Positions 40,909-54,754 of a DNA stretch of 64,000 nucleotides are shown piece after piece (the stretch's first letter is position 1; every line of letters begins with the position of its first letter). The translations under genes and the position numbers were made by a program. The stretch covers positions 15,872,001 through 15,936,000 of the forward strand of contig OZ024748.1 of the NCBI GenBank assembly GCA_964016885.1, in the 5' to 3' direction. The stretch is from Eledone cirrhosa. Lineage: Eukaryota. Under the pieces are notes generated by a model that saw nothing but the letters and a program-made list of their open reading frames with translations, had not been told where the DNA came from and ran no database searches.

Positions 40909-43121
40909 TATTTCATTTAAAATAATGTCATGAAATGGTTAAAACCACGACTTGTTTCTTGGAGGCTTCTTTCCTGCTAGCTGCAATTGCTTGGTTTTAG
41001 ATTTGATCCTCCTGCATGGTGGCACCTTTGATAAGTATCTTGTTCTATGAAGCCATGCACTTGTAACAATATATACAATGTTTTCTTATTCAAGCACAAG
41101 TTCAGCATTGTTGGATGGCAGGCAATTACGATATTTGCTGGCCACTTCAACGCACTTGAGTAAAATAACAAAAAATCTTCCCTGTAATTGATACACCTAT
41201 ATCACCAATGTGAAGTTCAACAGAGGAGGAGGAAGAGGACAATGCTGGTTTATAAAATTTATCAGATTTATTGTAGTGATATTTTGCCACTTGTTTTGTC
41301 TGTATTTATGCTGATAAATTGGAATGTGCTTTGTCTGCACGTATTAACATATTTCATTTTAGCTATGTGGACTTTGTAAATGTGCAGATGTTGTACAATG
41401 AAAAGACAATGAAATAATTTTAAAGATATTTATGAAATGTACTAAAATTTTTTATCCTCAAAATATCCTTGTCAAACTAAGGGGCATCCAATAGGCCAGC
41501 AAATATGGTAAATTGACCTCAATACTTGACTGGTACTTTATTTTATTGACTCAAGAAGGATGCAAAGCAAAGCTAGTTTCAGCAGAATTTAACATCAAAA
41601 TATAAAGGCTCATAGCAAATGCCACAAAGATTTTTGTCCAATGCTCTCATGACTGTATTGCTAATGAAATACACCATTTCAATTAATGAAGAATTTTGAG
41701 AGAATTACTAAAATTATTAATTATTTCATTATTAAGATAGTAACTAATGTAACATCCTTATATAAAATTATGTTGGAAGGTTTTAATTTAAATTGTAAAC
41801 CTTTAAACAATTAATAATAAATATATATGAATATAAATATATATGTAGCAATTACATTTAAGTAGAAATATGTATGTAATAAAGATATCTAAATAAAAAT
41901 GTGAGATAATATATGTAAAAGACATCAGTAAATATAAAGACATATGCAACAATAAATATAAATATGTAATAAAATATATAAATATAATATATACACTTTA
42001 TAGATATATGTACCTACCTATATATATATATAATGTGTAATAATATACATTTAATTATATATTATATACATTACTATATACACATGTGTAATAATTAGAT
42101 TTTTAGTCAACAAATGACAAGTTTATTATGTTTCTGGTAACAGTATAATGTAATGTGATTGTAGTGTTAAAGAAAAAGAAATAAATTATCCAAGCCAAAT
42201 ATAATTTGATAGTTTTCAGTTTTGTTTTAAATTTATATTTAAATATTTAACGCACCTTCAACTGGAAGACAGCTGTGTTTGGTGGGGAAAAAATAAAGGC
42301 AAACATGACAAAACAATGATGTTATATATAAGTTTAACCCTGGATATAATGCGAAAAGATTCTTAATATTTCAGACGTTTGTACTTTATCAGAAGAGGTA
42401 GGAAGACAGAAGAGATTAAAAGAAATAGTAAAGAAAATATAACGTTGAAAGAGATAGAAGGATAAACAATGCAAAATGGACTGTAAGATGAGGTAACGAA
42501 AAGTAAAAGCTACCTGGTAATCTGTTTTGTTTTGTTTGTCCAATATTCCGGGGCCTAAAAGTCCCTTCATCAAGATTTAAGGAACGTTCAGTGGATAACG
42601 TTCCAATTTCCTCTCTTTAGGATAAAATTTTGATTTTGATTAAACATTTTTCTAAGTCATTTTCAAGCGTTTTTCGATGGTTAATTCGTTTTAAACATGA
42701 ATGACGTAAATTGCCAGAAGCATGTGTGTATTTTGTAAACCAATTTAGAGAAGTGAAGGTTTGAATATAATTCAGATATTAGAAAGGTGAAGTGGGGAGA
42801 TAATCATCCTATATTTTGATGTGTGTGTGTGTCTATGTCCAGACACAATTGTAAGGGTATGAAAGCAGTGATGTGCTGGCTGAGTGAGAGTATGTGCATG
42901 TGTGGATGTGTATATCTGCATGTGCATGTGAGCAGGAGTAAAGCAAGGAGTGACTGTGGGAGGTTGCATAGGTATGTAAATATGTATATGCGTATTTTCA
43001 CACACAGACATACACAGTCAACTTTACGTGCATACACAAAATTACAGACAAAAGTAGAGGCAACTGTCAAGTGATAGATAGGTAAGAAGGCAATGGCATA
43101 TGCCTGCAATTCCCCATGATG

Positions 43122-43228
43122 TCCCCAAATTGCGAGCCGCCCCCCCAAGTCGCAAGCCACCTCCAAGTCGCAATCCTGCCCCAAGTCGCCGCCAAGTTGC
43201 AATCCGGCCCCAAGTCGCCCCCAAGTCA
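43122..43228. repeat. GC-rich irregular repeat of CCAAGTCGC (~7 copies)
   Basis: Directly visible. Confidence 0.85.
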
Positions 43229-43512
43229 TAAATCATGTGCCAGGAGGCTGTAAGAGACACCATGAGGTATCACAGATAATGTTAAAACAGTACAACAAAC
43301 CACAAAACAACAAGGGGTGAGGTGGGGACACATGATGAGGATCAAGTCAGGAAATGAAGCAGAACTGGAATATATTGTGGGATGTATTTTCATTGACAGA
43401 GACACTGTCCAAGCAATAGGCCCTATGTGAACACACTACCACATACCAACACAAGCAAACACACTCAAGTGACGTGTAAATACATGGGATCCCTATGAAA
43501 TTATGTGCGTGA

Positions 43513-43544
<32 letters not shown>

Positions 43545-43724
43545 GCATATATATATATACACACACGTCTATATTATATATATATATATACACACATACA
43601 TGCGCATGCCTATGTATATTATACACACACACACACATGTATGTATGTTACATGTGTGTGTGTTTATAGATATGTCTAACCCATGCTAGTATGGAAGAAT
43701 GGATGTAAAACGGTGATGATGATG

Positions 43725-43764
<40 letters not shown>

Positions 43765-44031
43765 TATATATAGAGAGAGAGAAAAGGAGATGAAAGGAGA
43801 TTAAAATGTAAATTCACATTTTAATCTTCTTTCAAATATATATTTGATATTTCTAGTTGCACGCATCACTTTGAATAAACTTGAATAAAAACAAAAGACC
43901 ACAAAAAAACAAAAAAACAAGTAAAATCTTTTTAGAGACAATTGAAATACCTTGCTTGCTGGTCAGTTAGATTTGTCACTGACATTCAATCAGACAAGTG
44001 GACAACATTGGTCAGTGCTGATGATCAATCT

Positions 44032-44160
44032 TTAACCCTTTAGCCTTTACATTACTCTATATATACTATTGTATTTTTGTGTTAAAGGCTTTATCTTACA
44101 TAATTTTCTCATATCGAATCTATGAGATTTTGATATTTATTTTGAGAATACCTTAACATC
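44032..44160 (-). mobile_element. Partial MITE family M
   Basis: Reverse complement of the 3' half of 21515-21731. Confidence 0.7.
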
Positions 44161-44164
44161 ACAA

Positions 44165-44470
44165 GAATGGGAGGGCAAAACGGGAATGTGATGGGCTCTG
44201 GGCCTAGGGTGTGGTAGTGTTGGGGCTGCGCTCCGCAGACAAGACTGCAAAAGCATTTCTGTGGACAATGGCCAGCGATAAACGGGCTACTGACATTCCA
44301 ATCTTGCAGAGGAGCTCAGCAGTAAAGGGCTAGAGTATGCCTGAGGTCTTGTATACAATTTATGCAAGGCAGAATGACTGTTCCAGCATGTCTCCCTCGT
44401 TTGCGATCCTCTGAGGACAATGTCTTCCTTCACAATCCTGTCTGCCACCAGGACCCCAAGTCTGACTGAC
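44165..44470 (-). pseudogene. CRE-clade-like non-LTR retrotransposon C-terminal (restriction-like endonuclease region) remnant
   Basis: Minus-strand pieces EDRKRGR and RLSLAIVHRNAFAVLSA resemble the AE.RK..KY ... QRLS.A..RGNA motif; GC-rich relative to the flanks. Confidence 0.5.
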
Positions 44471-45620
44471 CCTTAAGTTATATTTATGGTGGTGGCATGT
44501 TAAATAAACCTACTTAAGCATTAGATATTGTATAACTAAATTTTATCTGTTTATATGTGTGATTTAAACCTAGATAGAACATGTTGAGTTCTAACTTAAT
44601 ATAGAAATACTAAGACAGTTAATCTAACCCTCTAAACACAATTCCAATTCACAGACTTGTCTACACCACAAGCAAAGGTAATGTATGCTGGACATGAAAC
44701 ACACAAACACACAAACCATTACATATAAATTTATGTTGAACAAGAATTTTACAAAATTTCTTTCCAAAGATATTTCTATGAATTTCTCTTCTTTTTATTA
44801 TTCTGTCTCACGCCTCATCTTATTTCTTTTTATTTCTTTTCTGTAAACATTGAAATTTTTGTTTGTTTGTAATTTTTTCTATTTTTTATTATATTGATTG
44901 GCTCTCATAAAACTGTCCTTTGCTGTTACTATGTGGAAGCTATTTATTATATTATATGACTTGTCAAATAAATAAATCTAAATTAATTTTTCAAAAAATA
45001 AAAGTTCTACATCTTTATGTCGTCGTTCTCTATTTTCTCTTTTTTATTCTGTCATTTTGATGAGACCAAATACAACAGGGTTTCTGCGGTAGACAACAGG
45101 AAGGAAAATTTCGAATAAAAATATATTTTGATGCATATGCACAGCTGCATGGCTACATGGTTGCTTGGTTAAGGTGTTCACTCCACAATCACATGGTTAT
45201 AGGTTCAGTAATGAATCATAGCACCTTGGGCAAGTGTCATAGCCTCAGGTGAACCAATGCTCTGTGAGTGAAAATTGTAGAGGCCCATCATATATCGACA
45301 TATGCTAGTTTGAAAAAATGTAAATGAGACTAATTATATATATATATATATATATACATAAATCGTTTATGTATATATATATATATACATAAATCGTTTA
45401 TGTAAAATCAGCATCTTTATTAATGTTATTATACTGAACCTCCATCATAACTACAAATTACGAATGTTGAGAGCTTTCTCCCACTTGCTCCTGTTTTTAC
45501 CAAAACAATCTCTGCAGAACATGGATACATACATATACACACACACACACATCTATATATATATGCGCATAGACATCTATATATATATACACACACACAT
45601 CTATATATATATACACACAC

Positions 45621-45659
<39 letters not shown>

Positions 45660-45816
45660 CACACACACACAGAGGGAGAAAGAGTCTGCCATGCTGAGAG
45701 CATGGAGACCACTAACCATGGGAGTACTCAATGCATGGGAAGATGCAAAGTGGATATAGAGATATATAAAATTCAAATGGGATTTTTCATATATATCTCT
45801 CTCTATATATATATAT

Positions 45817-45866
<50 letters not shown>

Positions 45867-48054
45867 AATGTATGTGTGTGTGAGTGTGTATATATGTACA
45901 CATACACACACACCTACCAGTTCATGGTAAGGCCAATAACATTGTTAGAACTTCATGTAGTCTTGAAGAAATAATTCTAATGTGATCAGGTGGTAAGCTC
46001 TATTTTTGTAGTAGGATATCATTATACCAGATTCTATTGTGCATTCTAAACGAGCTACAGAGTCATGTGTGTTAAACAATGAAAACAAAAGGTGAAGATT
46101 GGTACTTAATCAGTTCAGTAAAACAATGAACTTATTAAGTACCAACCTTCGTCTTTTGTATTTATTGTTCAATATATGGATAACTATTAATTTACTCATT
46201 TTAATGATAACCCCTATTGTTTTGTTTGTGTATTGTTGACTTCTTGGTTTATCTAAGGAGTCACCGAGACAGGAAAATATTCCTGATTTCACTGAATAAG
46301 TGGATAGGCACCCACAATATTCTGCTTTGTAATTGCCTCAGGGCAGTGTGATATAATTTCATTAAATAAACACAGTGTATAACTTGTATGTGTATAGCGG
46401 TGCCCCAGCATGGCCTCAGCTGGATGACTGAAACAGGTAAAAGAGTAAAAGAGTAATATATATATATATATATAATTGAAGGTATTCATTTACATGCGTT
46501 GTATTGAAGTGAATAACTATGTGTATACTCTGGGGGTTTAGTTAACATTACCTATTGAGTATGCTGAATTGCAACCAGTCCTAGCAGTAATACCCATGCT
46601 AGTTCCGTAAAATTTATATATACACACACACACACACATGTTCAATTATAGGGGATAAAATACCACCAGAGTGAAAAATCAAAATATCTACAAACAGAAT
46701 GTTTCACCACAAATAAAGTGTACAAACCGCTGAGGTGTTATCAACAGGAGGAAAAACAGTATGCTCCACACTTCTAAAAAAATATCAACTAGCAAGAGCA
46801 CATTAAATTATAGGGGATTGATGTGAGTCTTTAACTCTTTTTTAATTTGAGGTGTGTGTGTGTGTGCGTGTGTGTGTACACACGCACAAGTTGTCGTTTG
46901 TGTATATATAAATACATATGCTCACTTATAGCTGGATAACCAACATTGAGTTCCATGCTATGGCGAGCATATCAAAAACAAAATTACATTACAATGTCTT
47001 AAAAATGTGCATAACAGGATGATGAAATAAACTGAAGTTGTATATGTGGTTCTGTAGCTTTTCACACACACACAAACACACACACACAAACACACACACA
47101 CGCTTGCGTGTATAAACCAAGAGAGAGAAAGGACAAAGAAACAAAAATTAGAAAATAGTGATAAACAAGAACAGCTGTAGAGAAGGTTAATGATTGTTGA
47201 ATTTTTTCATATCCTCCATATTGGAAAGCTTTATTTTAGGTTCGTATAAATATGGTAATGAAAGATTAACCATAGAAGCCAGCCAGAAGTCACAGAACTG
47301 AATCAATTTATATATAATACTTTTAAAAAGAGCTGTTGTATGGATGATAAAAAAAAAACATTTTTAAAGTTTCTTTTAAGTGATTTCAATATAGCCTAAG
47401 AATTAAACCATATAAAGTCAATATCTATCACCTGAATATGAAGTCATAGAATTGTAAAGATTAAGTTAATCTTAAGTATTTAATGTCAACATGTGCAATA
47501 ATATATAAACCTTTAAGGAACGTAATTGAATCAAGAGTTTGAAGGGCAATTCAAAATTATATAGATGAATTTATCTCTGGTGAGATAAAAATTTAGTAAA
47601 GATGGAAATAACTTTCTCCTTAATAATTGAAAATATTGCAAATGGAAACCATTTTAAATAGAATATGATGAAAATTTGTTAAAATAATTCAATAATTTTC
47701 ACAGAAATTTAATATATATTCATGTGATATGAAAAAAATAATTTTAGAGATTTTATTTGTAAGATGATCAAGCACATAAATCTATTAGCATTCAACATCA
47801 CAGGCAGTGATATTTGTTATGTTTCACATAAACAGAGATATCGTATATAGCCTAGCAGTTAGACGTTCAAACATTACAACAAAAGGTGAGTGTGGGCATG
47901 AGAAAAGTCATAGAATTATGGCTTTTCTTGAAAAGAGATTAATAACCCGGAAATATGTTGAAATATACTGCGTAAAATATTTTGTTATATTTGTCTTCCA
48001 TTACCCTTTATAGATTTCTATAGAATTATGCCTCGGAGTACTTACGATTTTATT

Positions 48055-48290
48055 TGGCAGGTTTTCTATGGCTGGATGCCCTTTCTATTATAACATACTT
48101 TACAGAGTGTCCACTCATTTTACAGTCATTTAGTAATCATTATCATCATCATTTTACGTCCGCCTTTCCCTGCTTGCAAGGGTGGGACTGGAACTGATTC
48201 TGGCTTGATTTCTACAGCTAGATGCCCTTCCTAACACCAACCTCATTTACAGTGAGTGCTGGGTACTTTTTTCTGTGACGCCTACACGTC
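48055..48290 (-). mobile_element. Two RTE 3'UTR fragments
   Basis: GCTGGATGCCCTT..TAACA..A motif twice, with a (CAT)n tail. Confidence 0.7.
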
Positions 48291-48509
48291 CACACACACA
48301 CACACGTGTGTATTAAACACACACACAGAGTGTTTATGGACCAGTAACTTCAAAAGGCGACATGGGCATTGTTGTGCCTTTTTTTTTTTGTCTTAGGCTC
48401 TTTGAACCTGAAGGAGCCAAACTCCTCTCCAGTTCTGAACACAATTTCTCCCAGAGAAAGAGAGAGAAGTGAGAAAGAGATATTCAGAAAGAACTGCCTC
48501 CATACTTAA

Positions 48510-48828
48510 CTTGTACTTAATGTTAACGGTCTTGAAAAGGTGAAAAGCAAAGTTAACCCTGGTAGGATATGAACTCAGAGCCAGAACTAATACCACAAAA
48601 CATTCCATCCGGCATTGAAATAATGATTTCTACTAAAGGTCAGCAATTTAAGGAGCGGAGAAAGTCAACTAAATCGACCCCAATGCATTACTGGTACTTT
48701 ATTTTATCGATCCCTGTAAGGATGAAAGGCAAAGCTAAACTTGGCAGGATTTGAACTCAGAACATAAAGGGTTATAATCCAATACTGCTAAGCATGTTAT
48801 CCGCGCTCTACCGATTCTGCCAATCCAC
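48510..48828 (-). mobile_element. Older family A-related SINE copies
   Basis: GGATGAAAGGCAAAG, GGATTTGAACTCAG and CTGCCAATCCAC motifs. Confidence 0.75.
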
Positions 48829-49919
48829 TAGTGCCAATTCATTGCCTTGTTGTGTACATGATGTATGTACAAATAACTGAAGATGAAATTAAAATTTACT
48901 ATTTTTCATATGGATCTGTAACTCCTCAGAGTTGTAGGAGCACCACATTGACATATAGTGTTTCTTGGTCTTTTTTTAAACCTGACAAAGCCCATACCTT
49001 CTCTGTCTTAATACAGCTGATTTCTTCAAGAGAAGGATATAGCATGAGAGAGAAGAAGTAAGAAAAGAAAAATATATAGATTAAGAATCGACCCCAGTAC
49101 TTGACTGGTACGTTTTTATCAACCTCGAATGGATGAAACGCAAAGTTGACCTAAACAGGATTTGAACACAGATCAGAGAGCTGGAATGACTACTGCAAAG
49201 CATTCTATCTTACATTCTAACAACTCTGCAAGGCTTCCCAAAATAGGAAGGCCTATGTCTAGAGATCTATCTGACCTAGCCTCTGTATGAACCCACACGG
49301 GGTTGCCTAAGTATTCAGTAGTTACCCCAGACTCAGATCCTCCATGCTATCAATGAGAAATAAATAGTTAACAAACAAGGAGAAAATTAAAACCAACATG
49401 ATTTAACATTAATAATGTATGAAAAGGCCTGTCAAATTATAGCAGATAGAAATTACATCTAATAATAGAAGAAAGATAACTTATTGTTATACATGTCATT
49501 GACACTAGAGAGTCTTTACTATTAAATAATTGTGATATATATGTATGTCTGGTACTAAAACAAGACAGACAGACAAAATATGTATGTGTGTATAGCTGTA
49601 TGCGTATAACGTGTGTGTGGCTATATGTGCATGTGTATGTGGCTATATATATGTATGTGCAGCTACAGATGAGTGTATGAGTAGGTGCTTGTGTGTGTCC
49701 ACGTGTGTGTGGTAATATATCTGAATTTATGAGAATCATAAGTTGTTAACATAATTTAACATGTTTGTACTATTAACACCATTTCTCCAGCTTTGTTCTA
49801 CTCTTCTATTTCAGATGTTTAATTCTCCGGTCATCTTCTGGTGTAGGCAGCAAATAATCAGAACAATAGAGCATCCTTTTTCATACCTTGTGGTATTTCT
49901 TCTGACTGTGATCATTTCA

Positions 49920-50155
49920 TTTCATTTTATGTCCGCTTTTCCCTGCTTGCAAGGGTGGGACGGGAACTGATTCTGGCTTGATTTCTACAGCTGGATGCCC
50001 TTCCTAACACCAACCTCATTTACAGTGAGTGCTGGGTGCTTTTTTGCCGTGGCACCTCCACGACCACTTTGCAGTGGAATGATAGGGACTCATTTCTACA
50101 GCTGAGTAAACTGGAGCAATGTGAAATAAAGTGTCTTGCTCAAGGAAACAACACA
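49920..50155 (-). mobile_element. RTE 3'UTR + SINE-like composite fragment
   Basis: Homologous to 20550-20755 and 48155-48285. Confidence 0.7.
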
Positions 50156-50464
50156 TCTCAGTTCAAATCCCTCTAATGTTAACTTTGCCTTTCATTCTTT
50201 CAAGTCTTTTTGTTCCGCACACTTATTCCTATAATCTTTTCAAGATTGATAAAAAAAAAAATACCAGACAAGTACTGGGGTCAATTATTCCTCTATATCT
50301 TTCACTTCATCTCTCACTTTCTATCCTTCTCTGGAAGAAATATGCTGTTCAGACCTGGAAAGTGATAGCCTTTTCCAGGTTTAAAATGCCCAAGAAATGC
50401 TGTATGCCATTATGGTGCCTCATATGATTCCATATGGGACAATACCATAACATTCCTGGGTGGT

Positions 50465-50720
50465 GGGTGCAGAGTCCTCAATCAAGTGGATTTTGTCAGA
50501 AGCAACCATCTCCAATTGATCCGACTGGATCCCCTAGTGAATCCAGCAAAGCTCATGGATATTATCCAACCATCTTGCTCGTGGTCTATTCCTGGGCTTC
50601 CTGCCAGTTTTTCCTGTAAAATTTGTCCAGCGATTCTTTGCTGAGACATTCTAACCACATCCATAGTACTGGAGCTTTGATCTCTCAATTCAAAAAAGTA
50701 GCTACTTTACCTGGAGTGAC
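50465..50720 (-). pseudogene. RTE (Expander/Rex3-like) ORF2 remnant
   Basis: VVRMSQQRIAGQILQEK; homologue of 35385-35645. Confidence 0.65.
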
Positions 50721-51724
50721 TGCCTGATCAACAAGCTATGCACACCATCAAGTAACATTACTCAAAAAACCCTTCAGAGGGACTCCATTTTGGTTGCTTG
50801 TACTTGTAATCTCCAACATGTACTTTAGGGTGTCATATAAAAGTAATAATCCAGAGCAGTGGCGAATTGGTATAAATATTACAGCATCAAATGGAATGTC
50901 TTACAGTGTCTATTCCAACTGTGTGTTCTAAGTTCAAATCTCACCTTTTGAAAAGTGGTGCCATCATATAACTCACAACCGTATCATTAATACATTTACC
51001 AACACAGCTAAAACTGGCTGATTCTGTGAAGCAAAACCCCTCATTTAAAGGGTCCCTTTTTAAATTAAAATCTTCCAACAACTTTTTATAAGAACCCTGT
51101 TAAGCTACTATCTTAGTCACCATCCTCATGACCACAGACCATTCCTGACAAAGTCTCTCCACAATTCCCACGTTTCCATTACTCTTGGCAACTGTTCCCT
51201 ACTGAAGTTGTATCATTTGAGAATTGATTGATGAATATTCAAGCCAGTCTCCTGTACTGCATCTCCCATGAGTTGGTTCCCACAACAGTAACATGTGTAT
51301 AACATACTACTTACTTCTCCAGCAATGTCCTACAAATTGTAATCATCTTTGAGCAATTGTAGTTGTTACCTTAAACAAGTTTCCTTATAAACTTTCATTT
51401 GTAATATGATGCTAATTTATGTTCTTTACAACACTAAGCATTTTAGTGTATGCAGCATCTAGTTTCTTCTCAAGTTCTTGTGTCAAGGTCCATGTATCTT
51501 AGTAATGAAATAATATGAAATCCTTCAAGATTCTTCATTAATTAAATGAAATAGAGTGAATTTCATTAGAAATACATTCATGAAAGGATCTCCACTATAG
51601 TTCTAGCTCATGAGAAGCTGGCTAAATCTATGCTGGCATAAGTAGTCATAGCAATATCAGCACCATTTTCTGCTCTCCTATTCTTACATATAAATAAATT
51701 GTAGTTTACTTGAAGCATTGTCGA

Positions 51725-52005
51725 ATCATCATCATCATCATTTTACGTCCGCTTTTTCCCTGCTTGCAATGGTGAGACGGGTCCTATTCAGCACAGCATC
51801 TCTCCACTTGTTACAGTCCTTCGTCATCTCCTCCATGAGCTTTAGCCATCTGAGGTCTGCTCTCACCACCTCTGCCCATGTTTTTCATGGTCTTCCTCTA
51901 CTGCATCTTCCTACTGGGATTTGTTGGCACTTCTTTACCCAGAGGTCATCCTCCATGCGCATCACATGTCCATACCATCGCAGTCTTCTCTCCCACACAC
52001 TACAA
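51725..52005 (-). mobile_element. RTE 3' end remnant
   Basis: ERRLRWYGHVMRMEDD...RGRP.KTWAEVVRADL on the minus strand, with a (GAT)n tail. Confidence 0.85.
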
Positions 52006-53509
52006 TTTGAGATACAAATATGACTAGGAAATATATTTGGTTTGATTTATCGAACTGTCACCCAAGACATTTCTCAGGTTTTTCTCTCTGAGGTTCACTC
52101 TCCTACTGACTCCCCTTGATAATGGATGTAAAATCTGAAAATATTTTGGATCATCAAAAATTGCTATGGTAACTTTCTATCGCCCTCATTCTTATTTCAG
52201 TTTATAGTCTCCTTATTCCTCTACTTATTACCTAACATGCATTGTCAAGCTTCCAAGTAACCAAACTTATTTCCTAGTCGTATTTCTATATCATATAAAT
52301 ATCTCTCACTTGATTCAAACTCTTAAGTTTTATTTCAAATGTCGAGCAGTTGCTACTATTGCCATTTCATATTATATTCCCAAGAGGATGGATCAACTAA
52401 AGTTCTATAGTTTGGGGAATTTAGAACAGCGTAATAAGTGGGAACACATGGTTGGTAAAAGGATTTGAAAGATAGGTTGGTGTAATGTGTAATGTGTAAA
52501 TTGATTTGTGTTTACTATTTAATGTGAGGTCTAGAAAGGGAGGGAGATGCAGGCTGTAAAAATATAATAGAACATAAACACATGTAAAATATTTAGATTT
52601 TAGTAGAGATAAACGATTCAAAAGTCCAGAGGTTTTTGTTCCAGCAATAAAAGAGAAATGAAAAGACTGAATACAGCATTGGATTAAGATATATTTGAGG
52701 GTAAGGATGACAGCATTATAAATAGTACTTTGTTGAGAATGCTATTTTGATCTCTTTCGCCATTTTAACTATTTATTTGGGGGCATTAAGATAACCTTTG
52801 TGTGCAATTTCTTTAAGGTAACCTTTTTCAGACCTCTGCCAAAATCTATGCTTAAGAATCCGTGGCAACAAATATATTTCACTCTTGATCCTTCTGACAT
52901 AGCCAAACATATAATAAACTATATTCACTTTCTTACGTACATCTATCTATATATTCCCACATTTTAACCGTATTTGTAAGCTAGCTTTTCACAATTAGTT
53001 TACTGAAAATACACACAGCTGTTGTTTAAACAAATCACAATGTATTTAAATAGTGAACAAGATTCACAAAATGGATCTCTCAGAAACCTTTTGTATCCAA
53101 TTACTGTCCATGCAAGAAATACATTAAAATAAAATAAAAAAGTAAGAAGGACAAAGCACCAGTTCTGTGCATAACTAACGAATACAATGTCTACTTGAAA
53201 ACCACACATACTTATCTTTTGCTTAGTAAACAGTAAATTTCATGGCTTCAACTTCTCTAGTAATGAAACAACACTTTGTTGAAGTACGATGATACAAATT
53301 CTATTTGAGGAAGAAAGATATGAAGCAATGTTTGGTTTTGATCACAGTAAATATTCCAAGTGTTGGAAAATTCCTTACAAAATTTGTGTGTCAGATAATC
53401 AGGTTCTGGTAAAATTGTTCTTGACTGTGCAAAAGAGAAGAATAAATGATATCCAAAGGTCAGCAATTTGGTGAGCTTTTTATTTTGTATTCCACTGGCA
53501 ATAGTGAAG

Positions 53510-53755
53510 GCTACTGGTCAGGGTGTTGGACTAACAACCATAATGTCGTAGGTTTTATTCCAGGACTGGATGGAGTGGCATATTGTATTGTGTTCTTGAG
53601 CAAAACACTTGATTTAACATTGCTCCAGTAAACCCAACTGAAAATGAGTTTCAGCAGTAGCTGGGAGTTAACTCTATCCTGTCCAAGGCGATGTCTTGAA
53701 CTTTCGGTCACTCAATGCTGATGAAACCTGGATAAGCACTGGCCTAATGATCCTC
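53510..53755 (+). mobile_element. SINE family B (Meta-domain-like), degenerate
   Basis: Homologous to the reverse complement of 16000-16245. Confidence 0.6.
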
Positions 53756-54383
53756 TAACCTTAGAAATAGGCACCAGTCGGATATGAAATCTAGTACCAA
53801 TTCCAAACTTCTCATTAAGTGTCGACCATAATAATACGCCATGCGTGTTTATATATCTATTTATGCCGCATAAGTTTCTAAAAGGTGACAATGTGATAGA
53901 AATGATAGAAGCGCAATGGATTACAAATATAAAATGTTTTACGCAGTATATTTCAACATGATATTTCAGGGTTTTCAATCTCTTTTCAAATGTAAAACAT
54001 TTTCGTAATTTATTACATATTTCACAATGCTTTGTATTAGCTATATATATATTTATATATATGTATTCAGGTAAAATATTTTAAATAATTATACATGATT
54101 ATTTTTATGTGAATGTTAATGAAAAAGATTTACATGTATAATTTTTTTCAGGATATAATTTTAAATAAAAACAAATGACAAAATAAAATTATTTAGCTTA
54201 TAGTTAAGTCCAACACTGAGTAAACTTAGTATATGTGGCATAATTTTAAACTCCAAAAATTAAATACGTTCAACGCTATTGCTATCATTATTGATAGATG
54301 CTGGGCAACTAGCCTAAAATAGTCTATACTAAATACTGATTATTTCGTATATCAATTATGGGCAGGACAACCCATGTAAACTC

Positions 54384-54471
54384 TCATATCTGAAGAAGTG
54401 TCCATTAAGAGTCAGGATCTGATTGCATGAGCAAACCCAAGCTAATTGATATAGAAACAATTGTAATATGA
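54384..54471 (+). ncRNA. Type I hammerhead ribozyme motif with branched helix II
   Basis: Stem I TCATAT/ATATGA (6 bp, perfect); CTGAAGA 54390-54396; GTGTC/GATAT helix enclosing TCAG-GAT-CTGA and TTGC-ATGA-GCAA hairpins; GAAA 54454-54457; stem III ACAATTGT; GUA site; AATAAA 54472-54477. Confidence 0.78.
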
Positions 54472-54627
54472 AATAAAGCTGCAATTCTTATTGTCACTAT
54501 ATATAGACTCCGCAAACTACAGCTGCCTTAAACTTGGAGCACAACCAAACGAGAGACGGACCCAGTAACATCATTGAGTGCTTTGACCAGCGTCACCGCT
54601 AGTAACTACAAGTTACCCACCTAATAA

Positions 54628-54674
<47 letters not shown>

Positions 54675-54754
54675 GTAGGATGCTCAAGTGCAGAAAATAA
54701 CTGCAATTACAGTCAGTTGCTTTGAAATAGCTTATAAAAATCAGGCAAAGGTAG

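Noticed and set aside
53718-53795. CTGATGA...GAAA hammerhead-like core
   Set aside because: The CTGATGA falls within the 3' part of SINE family B (homologous position reads CCATGGA at ~16.05 kb), and stem I does not pair.
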